DNA from: Patescibacteria group bacterium
GTDB taxonomy: Bacteria; Patescibacteriota; Gracilibacteria; UBA1369; 2-02-FULL-48-14
NCBI GenBank assembly: GCA_018816805.1
Contig: JAHIVE010000005.1
Span: forward strand, 39,102 to 103,101
Length of the DNA stretch: 64,000 nt
Reading direction: 5' to 3'
Shown: piece by piece, positions 7,800-15,654 of the stretch
Numbering within the stretch: the stretch's first letter is position 1
Layout of the letters: each line of letters opens with the position of its first letter
Program-made: the position numbers and the translations under genes
The notes under the pieces: model-generated
Told to the model about the DNA's origin: nothing
What the model saw: only the letters and a program-made list of their open reading frames with translations
The model's database searches: none

Positions 7800-9341
7800 T
7801 TAATTAGCACATCGTCTTTCCCCAGCAACTTCAATAATGTCATTCACACTGATATTATCATAAAGAGTTGCTGCTGAGGACGTCCACCCAACCACATCAG
7901 CCGATCCATCTGGATGCGTCTCAATATGTCCTCTATCATAAACAGGATACTCAGTGCCATATTCACTTTCCGGTAATAATCCCATCATATATAAAACAAA
8001 AGGATGATATTTTTTATGATACAAATTTGACACAGTAGTTGATTCCGAATAAGTCCCGTTTCCGTTTGGAATCCAATGACTTCCGAGCATGATTGATCCG
8101 TTCTCAAACCCTGTTTCCAAACCGCTATAAAAGTGGTAAGTATCAGGAGTTCCAAAAATTTCTAAAGGGGAATAACTATGACCAGCCGAAAAGCCTTGAT
8201 TAATATCAACAAAATAACAACACCAATAATGACCAAACTCATGCAATACAATGTCCGACAATGTCATAGGTTCCTCCATCATAAAATCAACGTAGGTGCC
8301 AAAAACCACACCTTTTAAACGTCCATCACTTCCATAATCCTCAGTATTATCCCAAACATATGGATCTATCTGTAGACCAAATGTATTGAATTGAGCAGCC
8401 ACAAAATTACCCAACCTAAATGGTGTATCAAAAGCCGTATAAACAACAACAAAATCGTAATCATCATCATGAGTTTCATAAAGTTTTCTAGTTACAACAT
8501 TCCTACCAACAAAATTCAAATTTTCATCAAACATTCCATCTTCAACTTGCATGACAACAATCTCATCATCCGCATCCATTGAAGCCAAATATTCAGTCGC
8601 GAATGGAAATTGTTCATTAACCTCATCTTTTACACTCCTAATCCAATTAATCCGCTGACTCGTAGCTTGGCTCATATTTTGAACCAATAACACATAAATG
8701 GAATTAAATTCCGTTTGCGTACAAGAATTAATTTCACCCTGAAAGACGCCAAACTTTCCAATGGGTTCCGGTTCTGGAGAAGGTACCGGCTTGCCATCCA
8801 AATACATCTCAACATTGTAAATAAGCTGTGCCATTTCACCTCTGGAAACATAATGCGAAACATTTTCATTCATCCCATTTAGTAAACCCTTGGGCTTTGC
8901 AAACCAGAAATAATTTTCATACCAAACGGAATAACTGTTGCCAACGTCAAAATTGTAGGCCTCCAAAACAATCTTCAGCGCCTCCGCTAAATTGATATTA
9001 TTATTAGGCCTAAAATAACCATCCGGATAGCCAGAAATAATCCCCAAAGTCCTAGCCGAACAGACATAAGGCGCATACCAATCATATAAAACATCCGGGA
9101 AACAACCACCACCAGCGGATCCACCTGGATAAACAGACTCCATCACAATCTTTGTAAACTCAGCTCTGTTTATAGAATTATAAGGTCTATAAGTCCCATC
9201 AGAATAACCCTGCACAACCCCTTTTGATTGCAAATAATTAATTGCATCTTCATTCACATTGTAAGAAGTATCAGAAAATGCCAAAGCAAGAGATAAAGGA
9301 ATCAAGCAAAAAAGGATTCCAAGGAAAATTAATTTTTTCAT
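7800..9341 (-). CDS. secreted protein with an N-terminal triple SLH-like module and a C-terminal domain carrying an HExxH motif
   Basis: Signal peptide, then SLH-like repeats (GYSDGTYRPYNSINRAEFTKIV; GYPDGYFRPNNNINLAEALKIV; VSRGEMAQLIY). HEFGH lies at aa 367-371 (nt 8229-8243). The N-terminal module is paralogous to that of the 43514-45073 protein. Confidence 0.7.
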   Translation of the reverse strand: MKKLIFLGILFCLIPLSLALAFSDTSYNVNEDAINYLQSKGVVQGYSDGTYRPYNSINRAEFTKIVMESVYPGGSAGGGCFPDVLYDWYAPYVCSARTLGIISGYPDGYFRPNNNINLAEALKIVLEAYNFDVGNSYSVWYENYFWFAKPKGLLNGMNENVSHYVSRGEMAQLIYNVEMYLDGKPVPSPEPEPIGKFGVFQGEINSCTQTEFNSIYVLLVQNMSQATSQRINWIRSVKDEVNEQFPFATEYLASMDADDEIVVMQVEDGMFDENLNFVGRNVVTRKLYETHDDDYDFVVVYTAFDTPFRLGNFVAAQFNTFGLQIDPYVWDNTEDYGSDGRLKGVVFGTYVDFMMEEPMTLSDIVLHEFGHYWCCYFVDINQGFSAGHSYSPLEIFGTPDTYHFYSGLETGFENGSIMLGSHWIPNGNGTYSESTTVSNLYHKKYHPFVLYMMGLLPESEYGTEYPVYDRGHIETHPDGSADVVGWTSSAATLYDNISVNDIIEVAGERRCAN

Positions 9342-9364
9342 AAAAAACGCATGAGTATAATTAA

Positions 9365-10699
9365 TTAATACTGCCTCGGCATCCCAATTTCAATCTTTGT
9401 TTCAGTCACCTTTGCACTTCCTAGCGGAAAACCCTCATACCGAACCAAATACGTCCCCACCTCCTCACTACCGCGCTCAATAGGTTGACGCTCAAAAAAC
9501 GCCTCAACTTGCTTTCGCGTTAGCTCCAAAACCTGCTTTTTCGCCCGCAAACCGGCCCAAAGCGCCCCCGCGTGCGTAAACCTAATTTCCCGGTCCACCT
9601 TAAACAAAGGAAACGTAAGCGAATACTTTGGCGGCAATTTAAATGAAGCCAGCTCTTTACTCAACAAAAAAACGTGCTCATCCCGCTCTACCATTTCAAC
9701 ATCCGGCAGGCTAACCCCAAATTCACCCAAAAAATTCTCATACCGTTTCTTATCCTTAACCGTCCGCAGTGAATGCTCCGCATCCATCGTCCTCTCAAGC
9801 CCCATCGACGACTTCTTTGTAATTGCAATGCAGAAAAACCCCTTAGTCCGCGTCTTCTGCGGCCAAAACCTATACCCCAAAAGCGAACCAATTTGCTCAG
9901 GCGCATCCGCAATTTTAACCAAATCCAAACTGGCCTCCGGAAAATCCTCCAGCAAACTCTTAACAACTGAGTCATCCTCAATGTCATTTAATGTACAGGT
10001 CGAATAAACAAGCCTTCCGCCAACTTTTAAAAGCCTAAACGCACTCTTAAGAAGCCCATATTGCTCTGATCTATACCTCTTCAAAGCCTTCAAACTCCAA
10101 AAATCCGGCTTTCCGCCCCGCGTAACCATCAGCCCCTCTCCACTGCACGAAGGATCCAGCAATATCCTATCAAACGCCTCCGGATAAAAAGAAACCAACT
10201 TATGCGGCATTGCCCTAAAGCATACCGCATTCCAAATCCCCAGCCTCTCCAGGTTTGAATGCAGCGCCCTCAGCCGCCGACTATCCATATCATTCGCCAC
10301 CAAAACCCCGGAATTTTGCATCTTTGCCGCAATATGAGTCGTCTTTCCGCCGGGCGCCGCCGTCAAATCCAGCACCGTCTCACCGGGCTGAGGGTCTAAA
10401 ACCTCCACCCCAAACATAGAAGACGAATCCTGCGGATAATCAAGACCGCTGTAGTAGGGGAGTTTTAAAGACAAAGGTTCTCCGCGCCCCAAAATATCCA
10501 AGCCATCCCCACAAAAAGGATTTTCACTCACCTGATACCCCTGAGACTCAAGCCATTCACGCAGCTCTTGCTTAGAAAATTTCAAACTATTCACTCGAAT
10601 CGACCGCCGCGTTTCCTTAACCTTCACAGCCTCAAAAAACTTCTCAGCCTCCGTTTCGCCAATCAAACCCCTAAAATATTCCTGAAATGATTCTTTCAT
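9365..10699 (-). CDS. RsmB/RsmF (NOL1/NOP2/Sun) family RNA cytosine-C5 methyltransferase
   Basis: SAM motif VLDLTAAPGGKTTHIA, catalytic region DRILLDPSCSGEG, and YSTCTLN. The track start at 10705 is TTG; ATG 10699 (MKESFQEYF) is preferred. Confidence 0.85.
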   Translation of the reverse strand: MKESFQEYFRGLIGETEAEKFFEAVKVKETRRSIRVNSLKFSKQELREWLESQGYQVSENPFCGDGLDILGRGEPLSLKLPYYSGLDYPQDSSSMFGVEVLDPQPGETVLDLTAAPGGKTTHIAAKMQNSGVLVANDMDSRRLRALHSNLERLGIWNAVCFRAMPHKLVSFYPEAFDRILLDPSCSGEGLMVTRGGKPDFWSLKALKRYRSEQYGLLKSAFRLLKVGGRLVYSTCTLNDIEDDSVVKSLLEDFPEASLDLVKIADAPEQIGSLLGYRFWPQKTRTKGFFCIAITKKSSMGLERTMDAEHSLRTVKDKKRYENFLGEFGVSLPDVEMVERDEHVFLLSKELASFKLPPKYSLTFPLFKVDREIRFTHAGALWAGLRAKKQVLELTRKQVEAFFERQPIERGSEEVGTYLVRYEGFPLGSAKVTETKIEIGMPRQY

Positions 10700-10718
10700 A
10701 AACAAAAGCTACCACAAC

Positions 10719-10746
10719 TGGACAAACAAACAAACCCGCGTATAAT
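10719..10746 (+). promoter_or_regulatory. sigma70-like promoter candidate
   Basis: TGGACA (10719-10724), 16 nt, TATAAT (10741-10746), 21 nt upstream of ATG 10768. Confidence 0.5.
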
Positions 10747-10767
10747 TCACCCCTAAACCAAACCAAA

Positions 10768-11217
10768 ATGAACAAAATTGAAAGACTCGAAGCACTCACA
10801 ACAAACCTGAAAAGGTTAAGACTTGAGCCGCCAACAGCCGTAAAGCCGCCATTAATTGAAATTGGATGGCATAATATAAAGACAAGTGAAATTAACGACC
10901 TACTCTCTGAAAATCCAAACGACCCGGAGGATCTAAAAGCAGCACAAGACCAAGTCAAAAATGAACTCGCCGCCGCAATCACACGTCTGGAGCAAAGCGA
11001 AAACCCAAGCCACAAAAAACTAATCCCACTCCTTCAAGAAAAAATCAACTTCCACGTTGCTGAAGTCGTAACAGAACCGGAACCCGCACCAACCCTCTGG
11101 CAATCTATCCGTAGTACTTGGAAACGTAAAAATGGAGCAGCTTCTCCACATCCGGTAGGAACTCAGGATTCCCAATTGCAACCTTCAGTTTCGCCTGAAG
11201 CGACTCCAAATCCTTAG
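10768..11217 (+). CDS. hypothetical protein
   Basis: 149-aa ORF with a good upstream promoter pattern and no recognisable motif. Its last 113 nt overlap the 3' end of the convergent nifU-like gene. Confidence 0.45.
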   Translation: MNKIERLEALTTNLKRLRLEPPTAVKPPLIEIGWHNIKTSEINDLLSENPNDPEDLKAAQDQVKNELAAAITRLEQSENPSHKKLIPLLQEKINFHVAEVVTEPEPAPTLWQSIRSTWKRKNGAASPHPVGTQDSQLQPSVSPEATPNP

Positions 11218-11755
11218 CACCTTCCAAAACCGCCTCTTGAATATCTTTGTCCGTGATGTTCGTATCCGGGTCAACCACTTTTGCCCTATCCACTCGCACC
11301 CGGTCAAACTGCTTTGACCGCCTATAAAAATCATTCACCGCCTTCTGAAGCGCCTTATCACCCAATACCGAGCAATGAATCTTACGATTCGGCAGCCCGC
11401 CAAGCCTGTCACAAATCATCTGCGGAGTAATTTCAAAGGCCTCATCGGTCGTCATCCCTTCGCCCTCCGTCACAATAACACTCATCATTGAAGTCGAAGC
11501 AATTGCGCTGGCACACCCAAAAGTCTGCCATTTCATCGAGAGAATCCTATCGCTTGACTCATCAACTAAAACCCAAACCTTCATCATATCCCCGCACGCC
11601 GGCGAACCAACCTGCCCAAAGCCATTAAATTCGCTCTCGTCCGGTTGACCTTCCAACAAATTCTGCGGATTGAAAAAATGTTCCTTAACGGTTTCGCTGT
11701 ACATCCAGCCTCCGCCCGGCGCCATCCCATCTTTATTTAAAATTGGAAGTGTCAT
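11105..11755 (-). CDS. nifU: NifU/IscU-type Fe-S cluster scaffold protein
   Basis: IscU-domain cysteines in context (SPACGDMMKV; QTFGCASAIAS; KIHCSVLGDKAL). Confidence 0.88.
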   Translation of the reverse strand: MTLPILNKDGMAPGGGWMYSETVKEHFFNPQNLLEGQPDESEFNGFGQVGSPACGDMMKVWVLVDESSDRILSMKWQTFGCASAIASTSMMSVIVTEGEGMTTDEAFEITPQMICDRLGGLPNRKIHCSVLGDKALQKAVNDFYRRSKQFDRVRVDRAKVVDPDTNITDKDIQEAVLEGAKDLESLQAKLKVAIGNPEFLPDVEKLLHFYVSKYYG

Positions 11756-11756
11756 A

Positions 11757-13004
11757 CTAAATATATTTTAAATCACCTTGTCCTTTTTCGCGAACTTTAT
11801 CCGCGTCCAAATTCAGCGGTGAAATTTTTCTTAAAATAGAAACCACCCTTGGCACCACTTCCAAAACATAGTCAATTTCCTCCTCTGTAGTCTTCCGTCC
11901 GAGTGAAAACCTAACCGACCCATGCGCACATTCGTAGGGGAGGCCGGTTGCCAAAATTACATGCGACGGATCCAAACTTGTGGAAGTACACGCCGACCCG
12001 GTCGACGCATAAATCCCCATCTCATTCAAAAACAGCGTAAATGCTTCCCCCTCAATATCCAAAATGCTCACATTCACGTTGTTCGGAAGCCTTAGTTCAG
12101 GATGCCCATTCAAAATGGTCTTTGGAATTTTCGTTAGACCATCAATTAACTTATCGCGAAGCTCTTTTAGCCGCGCATTCTCAGTTTCACTCTCCGCTTG
12201 CGCAATTGAAAGCGCCTTTGCCATTCCAACAATATTCGCGACATTCTCAGTTCCGCTCCGTTTTCCGCGCTCCTGCCCGCCACCAAAAACCAGTGGCTGA
12301 ATCTCCACGCCTTTCCGAATATACAAAACCCCAACACCCTTTGGCCCGTAAATTTTAGACCCATTCAAAGTCATCAAATCCACACCAAGCTTTTCAACAT
12401 TTAAATCTAAAGCTCCCGCCGCCTGACAAGCATCCGTATGAAAAAGCGCCTTATGATCCTTGAGCAAAGTCCCAATCTCGTAAATAGGCTGAATTGTCCC
12501 AATTTCATTGTTGGCATACATTATGGAAACCAAAACCGTGTCATCTCGGAGAGCCGCTTTCACGTCCTCCACCCGGATCCGTCCAAATTTATCCACCGGA
12601 ACTTTCGTAACCTCAAAACCTTCTTTTTCAAGCTGCTCCGCGGGCCTCTCCACCGCATGATGTTCAATTGCAGAAATAATCACATGCTTGCCCTCCTTAG
12701 CCCTTTTCCGCGCGACTCCAAGCACAGCCATATTATCCGACTCCGTTCCACTCCCCGTAAAAATAATCTCTTCCGCTCTGCACCCAAGCACCCCGGCCAC
12801 AGTCTCCCGAGCAGCCTGCATAGCATCCGCCGCGCGCTTTCCAAGCTCATAAAACCCACCCGGATTCCCAAACTCAACCTGAAAAAAGGGCTGCATCGCT
12901 TCATAAACTCGTGAGTCAACGTAAGTCGTAGCCGCATGATCCAAGTAAATGAACTTTTTTGGCCGGCCCTTGAGTAGTTCCTGAATTTCTTGTTGAACTG
13001 TCAT
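11757..13004 (-). CDS. nifS: cysteine desulfurase (NifS/IscS family, PLP-dependent)
   Basis: YLDHAATT N-terminus, the PLP lysine region (LNGSKIYGPKGVG) and the active-site loop (SGSACTS). The track start at 13025 is TTG. ATG 13004 is preferred because a promoter pattern lies at 13026-13053. Confidence 0.9.
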   Translation of the reverse strand: MTVQQEIQELLKGRPKKFIYLDHAATTYVDSRVYEAMQPFFQVEFGNPGGFYELGKRAADAMQAARETVAGVLGCRAEEIIFTGSGTESDNMAVLGVARKRAKEGKHVIISAIEHHAVERPAEQLEKEGFEVTKVPVDKFGRIRVEDVKAALRDDTVLVSIMYANNEIGTIQPIYEIGTLLKDHKALFHTDACQAAGALDLNVEKLGVDLMTLNGSKIYGPKGVGVLYIRKGVEIQPLVFGGGQERGKRSGTENVANIVGMAKALSIAQAESETENARLKELRDKLIDGLTKIPKTILNGHPELRLPNNVNVSILDIEGEAFTLFLNEMGIYASTGSACTSTSLDPSHVILATGLPYECAHGSVRFSLGRKTTEEEIDYVLEVVPRVVSILRKISPLNLDADKVREKGQGDLKYI

Positions 13005-13025
13005 ATTTTGGTACTTTGGAAACAA

Positions 13026-13053
13026 ATTTTAGCACATTTGCAAAAGTAATTAA
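13026..13053 (-). promoter_or_regulatory. extended -10 promoter candidate for nifS-nifU
   Basis: On the minus strand: TTAATT, 16 nt, then TAAAAT preceded by TGC (TGcTAAAAT). The -10 box is at plus coordinates 13026-13031. Confidence 0.4.
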
Positions 13054-13099
13054 ACCTCAAATCCTCAAAATGTAAAGTCTGTTGCGCGCAAAATCACCC

Positions 13100-13128
13100 T
13101 TGAAACCTTTCCCGAGTCATGATCTAAT
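13100..13128 (+). promoter_or_regulatory. weak sigma70-like promoter candidate
   Basis: TTGAAA (13100-13105), 17 nt, TCTAAT (13123-13128). Confidence 0.25.
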
Positions 13129-13150
13129 TTTCTCCTTTTATAAATTCATT

Positions 13151-13327
13151 ATGCCAAGATACTTCAAACCGCACATGCGAAAACCAGGCACACACGTTCG
13201 CTACGAAGGCATAGAGCAAGGAGCAGCACCAAAACAACCTGAAAGCATCTCAACACAACCGGAAGAAATCACGGACGTAAATAATTCAACGCAAAAAGCA
13301 GTCGAAAGCACTCAAAACGAGCTTTAA
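13151..13327 (+). CDS. small hypothetical protein (58 aa from ATG 13151)
   Basis: ORF only, with no motif. The track version starts at TTG 13082, upstream of the candidate promoter. Confidence 0.25.
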   Translation: MPRYFKPHMRKPGTHVRYEGIEQGAAPKQPESISTQPEEITDVNNSTQKAVESTQNEL

Positions 13328-13356
13328 TTGCATTCTCGAATAATTCACATTAAACT
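13328..13356 (+). promoter_or_regulatory. sigma70-like promoter candidate upstream of the tRNA cluster
   Basis: TTGCAT (13328-13333), 17 nt, TAAACT (13351-13356), 30 nt upstream of the tRNA 5' end. Confidence 0.4.
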
Positions 13357-13386
13357 AGCAGCCGCGAAGGTGTCCTTTCACATTTC

Positions 13387-13714
13387 GGGCCAGTAGCTCA
13401 GTGGTTAGAGCAGTCGGCTTAAGATAAACTTTCTAAGTTGAAACTCAATATGAAAATTTATAAAGGGCCTCATGTGAAGAAATTCACATGTGAATTCTGT
13501 CAAATTCGGGGAAATCTTCTGTTGTCACAAGTCTGACAACAATGACAATCCCGAGCCAAGCCCCGCAACGCGCGGGGAAGGTGTAGAGACTAGACGGCAG
13601 GCACCCCTCAGGGGTGAAGGGATAGTCCAGCTCACAAACCCGAAAGGGATTATGAAAATAATAGTGAGAAGCATAACCGATTGGTCGAAAGTTCAATTCT
13701 TTCCTGGCCCACCA
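13387..13714 (+). tRNA. tRNA with anticodon CAU (Ile2-like elongator; Met not excluded), interrupted in the anticodon loop by a group I intron; CCA encoded
   Basis: 5' half at 13387-13419: acceptor GGGCCAG, D-arm GCTC/GAGC, anticodon stem GTCGG, then CT. 3' half at 13672-13714: CATAA, CCGAT, TGGTC, T-arm GAAAG-TTCAATT-CTTTC, CTGGCCC, A, CCA. All stems pair. G1-C72 and the anticodon stem argue against an initiator. The D-arm and variable loop resemble E. coli tRNA-Ile2 as I remember it. Confidence 0.85.
13420..13671 (+). ncRNA. group I self-splicing intron (IC3-like, no ORF), 252 nt
   Basis: Core strings resemble those of the Azoarcus tRNA-Ile and cyanobacterial tRNA-Leu introns as I remember them: GTCAAATTCGGGGAAATC (13499-13516), CCGAGCCAAG (13551-13560) and GAAGGTGTAGAGACTAGACGGCA (13577-13599). 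There are GAAA-capped hairpins at 13471-13490 and 13639-13648. The last exon nt is U (13419) and the last intron nt is G (13671). Confidence 0.85.
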
Positions 13715-13728
13715 AACACATCCATTAC

Positions 13729-14352
13729 ATGAGTATGAAACAAAAAAATGCGGTAATTATTTATCAATCCAAAAAAGGTGATCTTCGCCTAAAAGGCGAC
13801 CAACAAAAAGAAACTATTTGGGCATCACAAGCACAAATAGTTGAGATTTTTGAAGTTGATCAATCTGTGGTTTCTCGCCATATTCACAATATTTTCAAAG
13901 ACAAAGAAGTAAACAAAAAAAGCAATATGCACTCTATGCATATTGCAAATTCTGACAAACCTGTAAATTTCTATTCTTTAGACGTAATTTTAGCGGTTGG
14001 CTATCGTACAAATTCGTCCAAAGCGATAGCATTCCGCGCCTGGGCTACAAAAACACTTCGTCAGCACATGACACAAGGCTACACACTAAACAAAAAAAGA
14101 GTTAGCCAGAATCTTAATCAATTTCTAAAAGCCGTCTCTGAAGTAAAAGCACTAATACCGGCAGAATCAGGAACTGATATGAGAGAAGTACTTAACTTAA
14201 TTTCTACCTTTGCAAACACCTGGTTCTCTCTTGAAGCATATGACTCGAACAAATTTCCGGAGAGAGGACTGACAAAGAAAGAAGTTCAATTTACAACTGA
14301 AGATCTAAAGGAGGCAATTAATACTCTTCGAAAACAACTTATCAATAAATAA
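13729..14352 (+). CDS. RhuM family (virulence-island associated, putative DNA-binding) protein, short form
   Basis: The family-typical core VIIYQSKKGDLRLKGD..ETIWASQAQIVEIF......SRHIHNIF...E.........YSLDVILAVGYRTNSSKAIAFRAWATKTLRQHMTQGYTLN is present. The track start at 13681 lies inside the tRNA, so ATG 13729 is preferred. The stop TAA at 14350-14352 abuts tRNA-Ala. Confidence 0.8.
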   Translation: MSMKQKNAVIIYQSKKGDLRLKGDQQKETIWASQAQIVEIFEVDQSVVSRHIHNIFKDKEVNKKSNMHSMHIANSDKPVNFYSLDVILAVGYRTNSSKAIAFRAWATKTLRQHMTQGYTLNKKRVSQNLNQFLKAVSEVKALIPAESGTDMREVLNLISTFANTWFSLEAYDSNKFPERGLTKKEVQFTTEDLKEAINTLRKQLINK

Positions 14353-14429
<77 letters not shown>

Positions 14430-14556
14430 AGCGGATTCGAACTGAGAAAGTCGTGATCTTTTCACGATCTTCTCTTGAGAAACATAAGAAATTATGGTGC
14501 ATACACTTGACGAAATAGTCTAGACGTGCTATTGCTCCATCTTATTTTTTATTTAT

Positions 14557-15192
14557 ATGGTTATGGAAGTTGATACTAAAAAGAAAAGTGGCGAAGTACG
14601 TTCGAGGATTGATTCAGCAAATAAAGAATTGAGTGGGAGAATTATTAAGGCGAATAGGGATTATGCTCATCAATTGCTTTCTGTGTTAAGCGATTTGGTG
14701 GATAATGCGCAAACTGAAGGGGACTTAGTGGGTATTAGGGAAGCAATACGCGGGGCTATTGATGTATGCGCTTCAGTGACGCAATCTAGTGGACTCACTT
14801 TAGAGCCCGAGGTGCCTCAGAGTGTTGAGCGTACACAGCATATTGAAGGGCGGCCGGAGCCTTTACCGATTTCTGAAGATGAGTTTTTGTCTTGTGTTGC
14901 CACCAGGACGGGTCATTTTTCCCGTGGCACTACTTCCAAAGAGATAATACGATGCTTTTATAGAAGAGAACAGGCATATAGACAAGGTACGGCGGAAAGC
15001 CAGATTTTGACTTTTTCCGATCTTAATATGAGACTTGACGCATTGATATCCGAGGATAATGCGTCTAAACCTAGCTCCAGAGGAACTCGAAGAAATATAG
15101 TCGATGAACTTGTGTCGGCGGGAGTTTTAACAAAAACTTCACGGGCGTGTTATAAGTTAAACCCTAATCCTTTCATTGATGGATTGGAGTAG
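14557..15192 (+). CDS. hypothetical protein inside the tRNA-Ala-flanked insert
   Basis: 211-aa ORF with no recognised motif. It is the only ORF between the two copies of the tRNA-Ala 3' end. Confidence 0.5.
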   Translation: MVMEVDTKKKSGEVRSRIDSANKELSGRIIKANRDYAHQLLSVLSDLVDNAQTEGDLVGIREAIRGAIDVCASVTQSSGLTLEPEVPQSVERTQHIEGRPEPLPISEDEFLSCVATRTGHFSRGTTSKEIIRCFYRREQAYRQGTAESQILTFSDLNMRLDALISEDNASKPSSRGTRRNIVDELVSAGVLTKTSRACYKLNPNPFIDGLE

Positions 15193-15240
15193 TTTAGAAA
15201 GTAGTGACACCTGCGAACACGCAAGGTCATCAGTTACAAA

Positions 15241-15274
15241 CCACGTTCGGATATCGTCCGCTAGGGTCCACCAA
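15241..15274 (+). repeat. decayed duplicate of the tRNA-Ala T-arm and acceptor 3' end (direct repeat copy 2)
   Basis: CCACGTTCGGATATCGTCCGCTAGGGTCCACCAA aligns to the tRNA segment CACGAGTTCGAATCTCGTAGGGTCCACCAA. The last 13 nt are identical. Confidence 0.7.
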
Positions 15275-15275
15275 C

Positions 15276-15304
15276 TTGACAAAAACCCCCCGATCGTGTA
15301 AAAA
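15276..15304 (+). promoter_or_regulatory. sigma70-like promoter candidate
   Basis: TTGACA (15276-15281), 17 nt, TAAAAA (15299-15304), 20 nt upstream of ATG 15325. Confidence 0.45.
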
Positions 15305-15324
15305 TACACTCTAATTATATAAAT

Positions 15325-15654
15325 ATGAGTGAAGCTTTTAAGGAATACGAAGCACCGGTCTCAATACTAGATCTTCAAAGAGAAACGAAGTCCATGTTGG
15401 TAGAATATAATGAAACTCTCCAGAGGATGAAAGACATCGCCCTTAGAGAAGACGAATCCCAAGCAGACACAGTTTTGCGCTCACTCTGGAGGCAAGCCAT
15501 CAATTTGGCAGATCAATATCGCCAAATGGCAGATTGGTACTCTGAATATCGATTCCAGGATCTAGTAGAACTCAAAAGACTTCTACTAGAATCACAAAAA
15601 TTCATTGAAGTCGCAGCAAAATTCCGAGCATTCATAACCCCAGTTGAAGAATAA
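15325..15654 (+). CDS. hypothetical protein (109 aa, predicted helical)
   Basis: ORF with a promoter pattern upstream. Its stop codon overlaps the next start codon (TAATG). Confidence 0.5.
   Translation: MSEAFKEYEAPVSILDLQRETKSMLVEYNETLQRMKDIALREDESQADTVLRSLWRQAINLADQYRQMADWYSEYRFQDLVELKRLLLESQKFIEVAAKFRAFITPVEE

Noticed and set aside
13368-13379. The 12-mer AGGTGTCCTTTC is shared between the region upstream of tRNA(CAU) and the hairpin beside tRNA-Gln (55881-55892).
   Set aside because: My estimate is that of the order of a hundred exact 12-mer coincidences are expected by chance among all position pairs in a 64-kb window. The flanking sequence does not align, and the orientation relative to the tRNAs differs.
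13484-13732. Two track ORFs (70 aa on the minus strand, 80 aa on the plus strand) inside the tRNA intron, and the 13681 start of the RhuM ORF.
   Set aside because: They overlap the conserved catalytic core of the group I intron and the tRNA 3' exon. A 252-nt intron has no room for a homing endonuclease, and the peptides have no motifs. The RhuM gene is better started at ATG 13729, after the tRNA.
14430-14500. GCGGATTCGAAC immediately after tRNA-Ala looks like the reverse complement of a T-loop, suggesting a minus-strand tRNA.
   Set aside because: I could not build a T-stem (3 of 5 pairs at best), an anticodon arm or an acceptor stem around it. At most it is a tRNA fragment within the insert.
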